DNA from: Auanema rhodensis
Taxonomy: Eukaryota > Animalia > Nematoda
Length of the DNA stretch: 64,000 nt
Reading direction: 5' to 3'
Assembly (NCBI GenBank): GCA_964057225.1
Contig: CAXKVF010000095.1
Location: 59,001-123,000, forward strand
Below, one piece after another: positions 1 through 11,400 of the stretch (positions within the stretch are counted from its first letter, which is position 1; each line of letters starts with the position of its first letter). Made by a program: the position numbers and the translations under genes. The notes below the pieces were generated by a model. It was not told the origin of the DNA. It did no database searches and saw only the letters and a program-made list of their open reading frames with translations.

Positions 1-176
1 ATTTAATTAGCATAAATTAAAGTTCACGTAAATTTCAAAGTCATGGTTACCATGAAGCAATATCAATAAAAATTTGTTTTTAGACTAATATGGACATGGG
101 GAATCTAATTTTGAAAACCGCATCTCTTTATCTTTCACGTGAAGCGAGTTACATACCAAGTGCACATCACGTGTAC
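1..176. repeat. Representative satellite monomer (176 bp, ~32% GC)
   Basis: First complete unit. Carries GGTTACC (45-51), CACGTG (136-141 and 168-173), GTGCAC (160-165) and 5 CpGs. Confidence 0.98.
33..116. repeat. Degenerate inverted repeat inside each monomer (centre at 74/75)
   Basis: Three co-centred complementary blocks, all with i+j=149: TTTCAAA(33-39)/TTTGAAA(110-116), CCATG(50-54)/CATGG(95-99) and TAAAAA(67-72)/TTTTTA(77-82). Confidence 0.75.
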
Positions 177-3100
177 ATTTAATTAGCATAAATTAAAGTT
201 CACGTAAATTTCAAAGTCATGGTTACCATGAACCAATATCAATAAAAATTTGTTTTTAGACTAATATGGACATGGGGAATCTAATTTTGAAAACCGCATC
301 TCTTTATCTTTCACGTGAAGCGAGTTACATACCAAGTGCACATCACGTGTACATTTAATTAGCATAAATTAAAGTTCACGTAAATTTCAAAGTCATGGTT
401 ACCATGCACCAATATCAATAAAAATTTGTTTTTAGACTAATATGGACATGGGGAATCTAATTTTGAAAACCGCATCTCTTTATCTTTCACGTGAAGCGAG
501 TTACATACCAAGTGCACATCACGTGTACATTTAATTAGCATAAATTAAAGTTCACGTAAATTTCAAAGTCATGGTTACCATGAAGCAATATCAATAAAAA
601 TTTGTTTTTAAACTAATATGGACATGGGGAATCTAATTTTGAAAACCGCATCTCTTTATCTTTCACGTGAAGCGAGTTACATACCAAGTGCACATCACGT
701 GTACATTTAATTAGCATAAATTAAAGTTCACGTAAATTTCAAAGTCATGGTTACCATGAAGCAATATCAATAAAAATTTGTTTTTAGACTAATATGGACA
801 TGGGGAATCTAATTTTGAAAACCGCATCTCTTTATCTTTCACGTGAAGCGAGTTACATACCAAGTGCACATCACGTGTACATTTAATTAGCATAAATTAA
901 AGTTCACGTAAATTTCAAAGTCATGGTTACCATGAACCAATATCAATAAAAATTTGTTTTTAGACTAATATGGACATGGGGAATCTAATTTTGAAAACCG
1001 CATCTCTTTATCTTTCACGTGAAGCGAGTTACATACCAAGTGCACATCACGTGTACATTTAATTAGCATAAATTAAAGTTCACGTAAATTTCAAAGTCAT
1101 GGTTACCATGAACCAATATCAATAAAAATTTGTTTTTAGACTAATATGGACATGGGGAATCTAATTTTGAAAACCGCATCTCTTTATCTTTCACGTGAAG
1201 CAAGTTACATACCAAGTGCACATCACGTGTACATTTAATTAGCATAAATTAAAGTTCACGTAAATTTCAAAGTCATGGTTACCATGCACCAATATCAATA
1301 AAAATTTGTTTTTAGACTAATATGGACATGGGAAATCTAATTTTGAAAACCGCATCTCTTTATCTTTCACGTGAAGCGAGTTACATACCAAGTGCACATC
1401 ACGTGTACATTTAATTAGCATAAATTAAAGTTCACGTAAATTTCAAAGTCATGGTTACCATGCACCAATATCAATAAAAATTTGTTTTTAGACTAATATG
1501 GACATGGGGAATCTAATTTTGAAAACCGCATCTCTTTATCTTTCACGTGAAGCGAGTTACATACCAAGTGCACATCACGTGTACATTTAATTAGCATAAA
1601 TTAAAGTTCACGTATATTTCAAAGTCATGGTTACCATGAACCAATATCAATAAAAATTTGTTTTTAGACTAATATGGACATGGGGAATCTAATTTTGAAA
1701 ACCGCATCTCTTTATCTTTCACGTGAAGCGAGTTACATACCAAGTGCACATCACGTGTACATTTAATTAGCATAAATTAAAGTTCACGTAAATTTCAAAG
1801 TCATGGTTACCATGAACCAATATCAATAAAAATTTGTTTTTAGACTAATATGGACATGGGGAATCTAATTTTGAAAACCGCATCTCTTCATCTTTCACGT
1901 GAAGCGAGTTACATACCAAGTGCACATCACGTGTACATTTAATTAGCATAAATTAAAGTTCACGTAAATTTCAAAGTCATGGTTACCATGAAGCAATATC
2001 AATAAAAATTTGTTTTTAGACTAATATGGACATGGGGAATCTAATTTTGAAAACCGCATCTCTTTATCTTTCACGTGAAGCGAGTTACATACCAAGTGCA
2101 CATCACGTGTACATTTAATTAGCATAAATTAAAGTTCACGTAAATTTCAAAGTCATGGTTACCATGAAGCAATATCAATAAAAATTTGTTTTTAAACTAA
2201 TATGGACATGGGGAATCTAATTTTGAAAACCGCATCTCTTTATCTTTCACGTGAAGCGAGTTACATACCAAGTGCACATCACGTGTACATTTAATTAGCA
2301 TAAATTAAAGTTCACGTAAATTTCAAAGTCATGGTTACCATGAAGCAATATCAATAAAAATTTGTTTTTAGACTAATATGGACATGGGGAATCTAATTTT
2401 GAAAACCGCATCTCTTTATCTTTCACGTGAAGCGAGTTACATACCAAGTGCACATCACGTGTACATTTAATTAGCATAAATTAAAGTTCACGTAAAATTC
2501 AAAGTCATGGTTACCATGCACCAATATCAATAAAAATTTGTTTTTAGACTAATATGGACATGGGGAATCTAATTTTGAAAACCGCATCTCTTTATCTTTC
2601 ACGTGAAGCGAGTTACATACCAAGTGCACATCACGTGTACATTTAATTAGCATAAATTAAAGTTCACGTAAATTTCAAAGTCATGGTTACCATGAACCAA
2701 TATCAATAAAAATTTGTTTTTAGACTAATATGGACATGGGGAATATAATTTTGGAAACCGCATCTCTTTATCTTTCACGTGAAGCGAGTTACATACCAAG
2801 TGCACATCACGTGTACATTTAATTAGCATAAATTAAAGTTCACGTAAATTTCAAAGTCATGGTTACCATGAAGCAATATCAATAAAAATTTGTTTTTAGA
2901 CTAATATGGACATGGGGAATCTAATTTTGAAAACCGCATCTCTTTATCTTTCACGTGAAGCGAGTTACATACCAAGTGCACATCACGTGTACATTTAATT
3001 AGCATAAATTAAAGTTCACGTATATTTCAAAGTCATGGTTACCATGAACCAATATCAATAAAAATTTGTTTTTAGACTAATATGGACATGGGGAATCTAA

Positions 3101-3520
3101 TTTTGAAAACCGCATCTCTTTATCTTTCACGTGAAGCGAGTTACATACCAAGTGCTTATCACGTGTACATTTAATTAGCATAAATTAAAGTTCACGTAAA
3201 TTTCAAAGTCATGGTTACCATGCACCAATATCAATAAAAATTTGTTTTTAGACTAATATGGACATGGGGAATCTAATTTTGAAAACCGCATCTCTTTATC
3301 TTTCACGTGGAGCGAGTTACATACCAAGTGCACATCACGTGTACATTTAATTAGCATAAATTAAAGTTCACGTAAATTTCAAAGTCATGGTTACCATGCA
3401 CCAATATCAATAAAAATTTGTTTTTAGACTAATATGGACATGGGGAATCTAATTTTGAAAACCGCATCTCTTTATCTTTCACGTGAAGCGAGTTACATAC
3501 CAAGTGCACATCACGTGTAC

Positions 3521-5280
3521 ATTTAATTAGCATAAATTAAAGTTCACGTAAATTTCAAAGTCAAGGTTACCATGAAGCAATATCAATAAAAATTTGTTTT
3601 TAGACTAATATGGACATGGGGAATCTAATTTTGAAAACCGCATCTCTTTATCTTTCACGTGAAGCGAGTTACATACCAAGTGCACATCACGTGTACATTT
3701 AATTAGCATAAATTAAAGTTCACGTAAATTTCAAAGTCATGGTTACCATGCACCAATATCAATAAAAATTTGTTTTTAGACTAATATGAACATGGGGGAT
3801 CTAATTTTGAAAACCGCATCTCTTTATCTTTCACGTGAAGCGAGTTACATACCAAGTGCACATCACGTGTACATTTAATTAGCATAAATTAAAGTTCACG
3901 TAAATTTCAAAGTCATGGTTACCATGAACCAATATCAATAAAAATTTGTTTTTAGACTAATATGGACATGGGGAATCTAATTTTGAAAACCGCATCTCTT
4001 TATCTTTCACGTGAAGCGAGTTACATACCAAGTGCACATCACGTGTACATTTAATTAGCATAAATTAAAGTTCACGTAAATTTCAAAGTCATGGTTACCA
4101 TGCACCAATATCAATAAAAATTTGTTTTTAGACTAATATGGACATGGGGAATCTAATTTTGAAAACCGCATCTCTTTATCTTTCACGTGAAGCAAGTTAC
4201 ATACCAAGTGCACATCACGTGTACATTTAATTAGCATAAATTAAAGTTCACGTAAATTTCAAAGTCATGGTTACCATGCACCAATATCAATAAAAATTTG
4301 TTTTTAGACTAATATGGACATGGGAAATCTAATTTTGAAAACCGCATCTCTTTATCTTTCACGTGAAGCGAGTTACATACCAAGTGCACATCACGTGTAC
4401 ATTTAATTAGCATAAATTAAAGTTCACGTAAATTTCAAAGTCAAGGTTACCATGAAGCAATATCAATAAAAATTTGTTTTTAGACTAATATGGACATGGG
4501 GAATCTAATTTTGAAAACCGCATCTCTTTATCTTTCACGTGAAGCGAGTTACATACCAAGTGCACATCACGTGTACATTTAATTAGCATAAATTAAAGTT
4601 CACGTAAATTTCAAAGTCATGGTTACCATGCACCAATATCAATAAAAATTTGTTTTTAGACTAATATGAACATGGGGGATCTAATTTTGAAAACCGCATC
4701 TCTTTATCTTTCACGTGAAGCGAGTTACATACCAAGTGCACATCACGTGTACATTTAATTAGCATAAATTAAAGTTCACGTAAATTTCAAAGTCATGGTT
4801 ACCATGAACCAATATCAATAAAAATTTGTTTTTAGACTAATATGGACATGGGGAATCTAATTTTGAAAACCGCATCTCTTTATCTTTCACGTGAAGCGAG
4901 TTACATACCAAGTGCACATCACGTGTACATTTAATTAGCATAAATTAAAGTTCACGTAAATTTCAAAGTCATGGTTACCATGCACCAATATCAATAAAAA
5001 TTTGTTTTTAGACTAATATGGACATGGGGAATCTAATTTTGAAAACCGCATCTCTTTATCTTTCACGTGAAGCAAGTTACATACCAAGTGCACATCACGT
5101 GTACATTTAATTAGCATAAATTAAAGTTCACGTAAATTTCAAAGTCATGGTTACCATGCACCAATATCAATAAAAATTTGTTTTTAGACTAATATGGACA
5201 TGGGAAATCTAATTTTGAAAACCGCATCTCTTTATCTTTCACGTGAAGCGAGTTACATACCAAGTGCACATCACGTGTAC
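3521..5280. repeat. 5-mer (880 bp) higher-order tandem duplication, 2 copies
   Basis: Rare variants repeat at lag 880: T44A 3564/4444, G93A 3789/4669, A102G 3798/4678, G146A 4194/5074 and G101A 4325/5205. Confidence 0.92.
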
Positions 5281-5469
5281 ATTTAATTAGCATAAATTAA
5301 AGTTCACGTAAATTTCAAAGTCATGGTTACCATGCACCAATATCAATAAAAATTTGTTTTTAGACTAATATGGACATGGGGAATCTAATTTTGAAAACCG
5401 CATCTGAAAACCGCATCTCTTTTTCTTTCACGTGAAGCGAGTTACATACCAAGTGCACATCACGTGTAC
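5281..5469. repeat. 189-bp variant monomer with a 13-bp internal tandem duplication
   Basis: gaaaaccgcatct is present twice (5393-5405 and 5406-5418). The next monomer starts at 5470 rather than 5457. Confidence 0.96.
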
Positions 5470-8400
5470 ATTTAATTAGCATAAATTAAAGTTCACGTAA
5501 ATTTCAAAGTCATGGTTACCATGCACCAATATCAATAAAAATTTGTTTTTAGACTAATATGGACATGGGGGATCTAATTTTGAAAACCGCATCTCTTTAT
5601 CTTTCACGTGAAGCGAGTTACATACCAAGTGCACATCACGTGTACATTTAATTAGCATAAATTAAAGTTCACGTAAATTTCAAAGTCATGGTTACCATGC
5701 ACCAATATCAATAAAAATTTGTTTTTAGACTAATATGGACATGGGGAATCTAATTTTGAAAACCGCATCTCTTTATCTTTCACGTGAAGCGAGTTACATA
5801 CCAAGTGCACATCACGTGTACATTTAATTAGCATAAATTAAAGTTCACGTAAATTTCAAAGTCATGGTTACCATGCACCAATATCAATAAAAATTTGTTT
5901 TTAGACTAATATGGACATGGGGAATCTAATTTTGAAAACCGCATCTCTTTATCTTTCACGTGAAGCGAGTTACATACCAAGTGCACATCACGTGTACATT
6001 TAATTAGCATAAATTAAAGTTCACGTAAATTTCAAAGTCATGGTTACCATGAACCAATATCAATAAAAATTTGTTTTTAGACTAATATGGACATGGAGAA
6101 TCTAATTTTGAAAACCGCATCTCTTTATCTTTCACGTGAAGCGAGTTACATACCAAGTGCACATCACGTGTACATTTAATTAGCATAAATTAAAGTTCAC
6201 GTAAATTTCAAAGTCATGGTTACCATGAACCAATATCAATAAAAATTTGTTTTTAGACTAATATGGACATGGGGAATCTAATTTTGAAAACCGCATCTCT
6301 TTATCTTTCACGTGAAGCGAGTTACCTACCAAGTGCACATCACGTGTACATTTAATTAGCATAAATTAAAGTTCACGTAAAATTCAAAGTCATGGTTACC
6401 ATGCACCAATATCAATAAAAATTTGTTTTTAGACTAATATGGACATGGGGAATCTAATTTTGAAAACCGCATCTCTTTATCTTTCACGTGAAGCGAGTTA
6501 CATACCAAGTGCACATCACGTGTACATTTAATTAGCATAAATTAAAGTTCACGTAAATTTCAAAGTCATGGTTACCATGCACCAATATCAATAAAAATTT
6601 GTTTTTAGACTAATATGGACATGGGGAATCTAATTTTGAAAACCGCATCTCTTTATCTTTCACGTGGAGCGAGTTACATACCAAGTGCACATCACGTGTA
6701 CATTTAATTAGCATAAATTAAAGTTCACGTAAATTTCAAAGTCATGGTTACCATGCACCAATATCAATAAAAATTTGTTTTTAGACTAATATGGACATGG
6801 GGAATCTAATTTTGAAAACCGCATCTCTTTATCTTTCACGTGAAGCGAGTTACATACCAAGTGCACATCACGTGTACATTTAATTAGCATAAATTAAAGT
6901 TCACGTAAATTTCAAAGTCATGGTTACCATGCACCAATATCAATAAAAATTTGTTTTTAGACTAATATGGACATGGGGAATCTAATTTTGTAAACCGCAT
7001 CTCTTTATCTTTCACGTGGAGCGAGTTACATACCAAGTGCACATCACGTGTACATTTAATTAGCATAAATTAAAGTTCACGTAAATTTCAAAGTCATGGT
7101 TACCATGAAGCAATATCAATAAAAATTTGTTTTTAGACTAATATGGACATGGGGAATCTAATTTTGAAAACCGCATCTCTTTATCTTTCACGTGAAGCGA
7201 GTTACATACCAAGTGCACATCACGTGTACATTTAATTAGCATAAATTAAAGTTCACGTAAATTTCAAAGTCATGGTTACCATGAACCAATATCAATGAAA
7301 ATTTGTTTTTAGACTAATATGGACATGGGGAATCTAATTTTGAAAACCGCATCTCTTTATCTTTCACGTGAAGCGAGTTACATACCAAGTGCACATCACG
7401 TGTACATTTAATTAGCATAAATTAAAGTTCACGTAAATTTCAAAGTCATGGTTACCATGCACCAATATCAATAAAAATTTGTTTTTAGACTAATATGGAC
7501 ATGGGGAATCTAATTTTGAAAACCGCATCTCTTTATCTTTCACGTGAAGCGAGTTACATACCAAGTGCACATCACGTGTACATTTAATTAGCATAAATTA
7601 AAGTTCACGTAAATTTCAAAGTCATGGTTACCATGAAGCAATATCAATAAAAATTTGTTTTTAGACTAATATGGACATGGGGAATCTAATTTTGAAAACC
7701 GCATCTCTTTATCTTTCACGTGAAGCGAGTCACATACCAAGTGCACATCACGTGTACATTTAATTAGCATAAATTAAAGTTCACGTAAATTTCAAAGTCA
7801 TGGTTACCATGAACCAATATCAATAAAAATTTGTTTTTAGACTGATATGGACATGGGGAATCTAATTTTGAAAACCGCATCTCTTTATCTTTCACGTGAA
7901 GCGAGTTACATACCAAGTGCACATCACGTGTACATTTAATTAGCATAAATTAAAGTTCACGTAAATTTCAAAGTCATGGTTACCATGCACCAATATCAAT
8001 AAAAATTTGTTTTTAGACTAATATGGACATGGGGAATCTAATTTTGAAAACCGCATCTCTTTATCTTTCACGTGAGGCGAGTTACATACCAAGTGCACAT
8101 CACGTGTACATTTAATTAGCATAAATTAAAGTTCACGTAAATTTCAAAGTCATGGTTACCATGCACCAATATCAATAAAAATTTGTTTTTAGACTAATAT
8201 GGACATGGGGAATCTAATTTTGAAAACCGCATCTCTTTATCTTTCACGTGAAGCGAGTTACATACCAAGTGCACATCACGTGTACATTTAATTAGCATAA
8301 ATTAAAGTTCACGTAAATTTCAAAGTCATGGTTACCATGCACCAATATCAATAAAAATTTGTTTTTAGACTAATATGGACATGGGGAATCTAATTGTGAA

Positions 8401-11400
8401 AACCGCATCTCTTTATCTTTCACGTGAAGCGAGTTACATACCAAGTGCACATCACGTGTACATTTAATTAGCATAAATTAAAGTTCACGTAAATTTCAAA
8501 GTCATGGTTACCATGAACCAATATCAATAAAAATTTGTTTTTAGACTAATATGGACATGGGGAATCTAATTTTGAAAACCGCATCTCTTTATCTTTCACG
8601 TGAAGCGAGTTACATACCAAGTGCACATCACGTGTACATTTAATTAGCATAAATTAAAGTTCACGTAAAATTCAAAGTCATGGTTACCATGCACCAATAT
8701 CAATAAAAATTTCTTTTTAGACTAATATGGACATGGGGAATCTAATTTTGAAAACCGCATCTCTTTATCTTTCACGTGAAGCGAGTTACATACCAAGTGC
8801 ACATCACGTGTACATTTAATTAGCATAAATTAAAGTTCACGTAAAATTCAAAGTCATGGTTACCATGAACGAATATCAATAAAAATTTGTTTTTAGACTA
8901 ATTTGGACATGGGGAATCTAATTTTGAAAACCGCATCTCTTTATCTTTCACGTGAAGCGAGTTACATACCAAGTGCACATCACGTGTACATTTAATTAGC
9001 ATAAATTAAAGTTCACGTAAATTTCAAAGTCATGGTTACCATGCACCAATATCAATAAAAATTTGTTTTTAGACTAATATGGACATGGGGAATCTAATTT
9101 TGAAAACCGCATCTCTTTATCTTTCACGTGAAGCGAGTTACATACCAAGTGCACATCACGTGTACATTTAATTAGCATAAATTAAAGTTCACGTAAATTT
9201 CAAAGTCATGGTTACCATGAAGCAATATCAATAAAAATTTGTTTTTAGACTAATATGGACATGGGGAATCTAATTTTGAAAACCGCATCTCTTTATCTTT
9301 CACGTGAAGCGAGTTACATACCAAGTGCACATCACGTGTACATTTAATTAGCATAAATTAAAGTTCACGTAAATTTCAAAGTCATGGTTACCATGCACCA
9401 ATATCAATAAAAATTTGTTTTTAGACTAATATGGACATGGGGAATCTAATTTTGAAAACCGCATCTCTTTATCTTTCACGTGAAGCGAGTTACATACCAA
9501 GTGCACATCACGTGTACATTTAATTAGCATAAATTAAAGTTCACGTAAATTTCAAAGTCATGGTTACCATGAACCAATATCAATAAAAATTTGTTTTTAG
9601 ACTAATATGGACATGGGGAATCTAATTTTGAAAACCGCATCTCTTTATCTTTCACGTGAAGCGAGTTACATACCAAGTGCACATCACGTGTACATTTAAT
9701 TAGCATAAATTAAAGTTCACGTAAATTTCAAAGTCATGGTTACCATGAACCAATATCAATAAAAATTTGTTTTTAGACTAATATGGACATGGGGAATCTA
9801 ATTTTGAAAACCGCATCTCTTTATCTTTCACGTGAAGCGAGTTACATACCAAGTGCACATCACGTGTACATTTAATTAGCATAAATTAAAGTTCACGTAA
9901 ATTTCAAAGTCATGGTTACCATGCACCAATATCAATAAAAATTTGTTTTTAGACTAATATGGACATGGGGAATCTAATTTTGAAAACCGCATCTCTTTAT
10001 CTTTCACGTGAAGCGAGTTACATACCAAGTGCACATCACGTGTACATTTAATTAGCATAAATTAAAGTTCACGTAAATTTCAAAGTCATGGTTACCATGA
10101 ACCAATATCAATAAAAATTTGTTTTTAGACTAATATGGACATGGGGAATCTAATTTTGAAAACCGCATCTCTTTATCTTTCACGTGAAGCGAGTTACATA
10201 CCAAGTGCACATCACGTGTACATTTAATTAGCATAAATTAAAGTTCACGTAAATTTCAAAGTCATGGTTACCATGCACCAATATCAATAAAAATTTGTTT
10301 TTAGACTAATATGGACATGGCAAATCTAATTTTGAAAACCGCATCTCTTTATCTTTCACGTGAAGCGAGTTACATACCAAGTGCACATCACGTGTACATT
10401 TAATTAGCATAAATTAAAGTTCACGTAAATTTCAAAGTCATGGTTACCATGCACCAATATCAATAAAAATTTGTTTTTAGACTAATATGGACATGGGGAA
10501 TCTAATTTTGAAAACCGCATCTCTTTATCTTTCACGTGAAGCGAGTTACATACCAAGTGCACATCACGTGTACATTTAATTAGCATAAATTAAAGTTCAC
10601 GTAAATTTCAAAGTCATGGTTACCATGAAGCAATATCAATAAAAATTTGTTTTTAGACTAATATGGACATGGGGAATCTAATTTTGAAAACCGCATCTCT
10701 TTATCTTTCACGTGAAGCGAGTTACATACCAAGTGCACATCACGTGTACATTTAATTAGCATAAATTAAAGTTCACGTAAATTTCAAAGTCATGGTTACC
10801 ATGAACCAATATCAATAAAAATTTGTTTTTAGACTAATATGGACATGGGGAATCTAATTTTGAAAACCGCATCTCTTTATCTTTCACGTGAAGCGAGTTA
10901 CATACCAAGTGCACATCACGTGTACATTTAATTAGCATAAATTAAAGTTCACGTAAAATTCAAAGTCATGGTTACCATGAACCAATATCAATACAAATTT
11001 GTTTTTAGACTAATATGGACATGGGGAATCTAATTTTGAAAACCGCATCTCTTTATCTTTCACGTGAAGCGAGTTACATACCAAGTGCACATCACGTGTA
11101 CATTTAATTAGCATAAATTAAAGTTCACGTAAATTTGAAAGTCATGGTTACCATGCACCAATATCAATAAAAATTTGTTTTTAGACTAATATGGACATGG
11201 GGAATCTAATTTTGAAAACCGCATCTCTTCATTTTTCACGTGAAGCGAGTTACATACCAAGTGCACATCACGTGTACATTTAATTAGCATAAATTAAAGT
11301 TCACGTAAATTTCAAAGTCATGGTTACCATGAAGCAATATCAATAAAAATTTGTTTTAAGACTAATATGGACATGGGGAATCTAATTTTGAAAACCGCAT

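Noticed and set aside
65-70. AATAAA polyadenylation signal and promoter-like boxes in each monomer
   Set aside because: Expected by chance in 68% AT DNA, and no transcription unit is present.
1-176. Identity with known 176-178-bp satellites (Brassica CentBr, Arabidopsis CEN178, honeybee AluI repeat)
   Set aside because: Only the length is similar. The consensus lacks AAGCTT and AGCT sites and does not resemble those sequences as I recall them; BLAST is needed for a real assignment.
1-176. Canonical CENP-B box
   Set aside because: No TTCG-n4-A-n2-CGGG motif on either strand.
1-176. Tandem 5S rRNA, tRNA, snRNA or spliced-leader gene array
   Set aside because: No recognisable RNA gene sequence, cloverleaf or Pol III A/B/C boxes.
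166-300. Budding-yeast-type point centromere (CDEI-CDEII-CDEIII)
   Set aside because: ATCACGTG matches CDEI, but the following DNA is not a >90% AT CDEII tract, there is no CCGAA CDEIII core, and point centromeres are not tandem arrays.
7764-7946. 60-aa minus-strand ORF (MLIKCTRDVH...)
   Set aside because: It exists only because a private A>G at 7844 turns the minus-strand TAG found in the other monomers into CAG. It is translated satellite with no recognisable domain or gene context.
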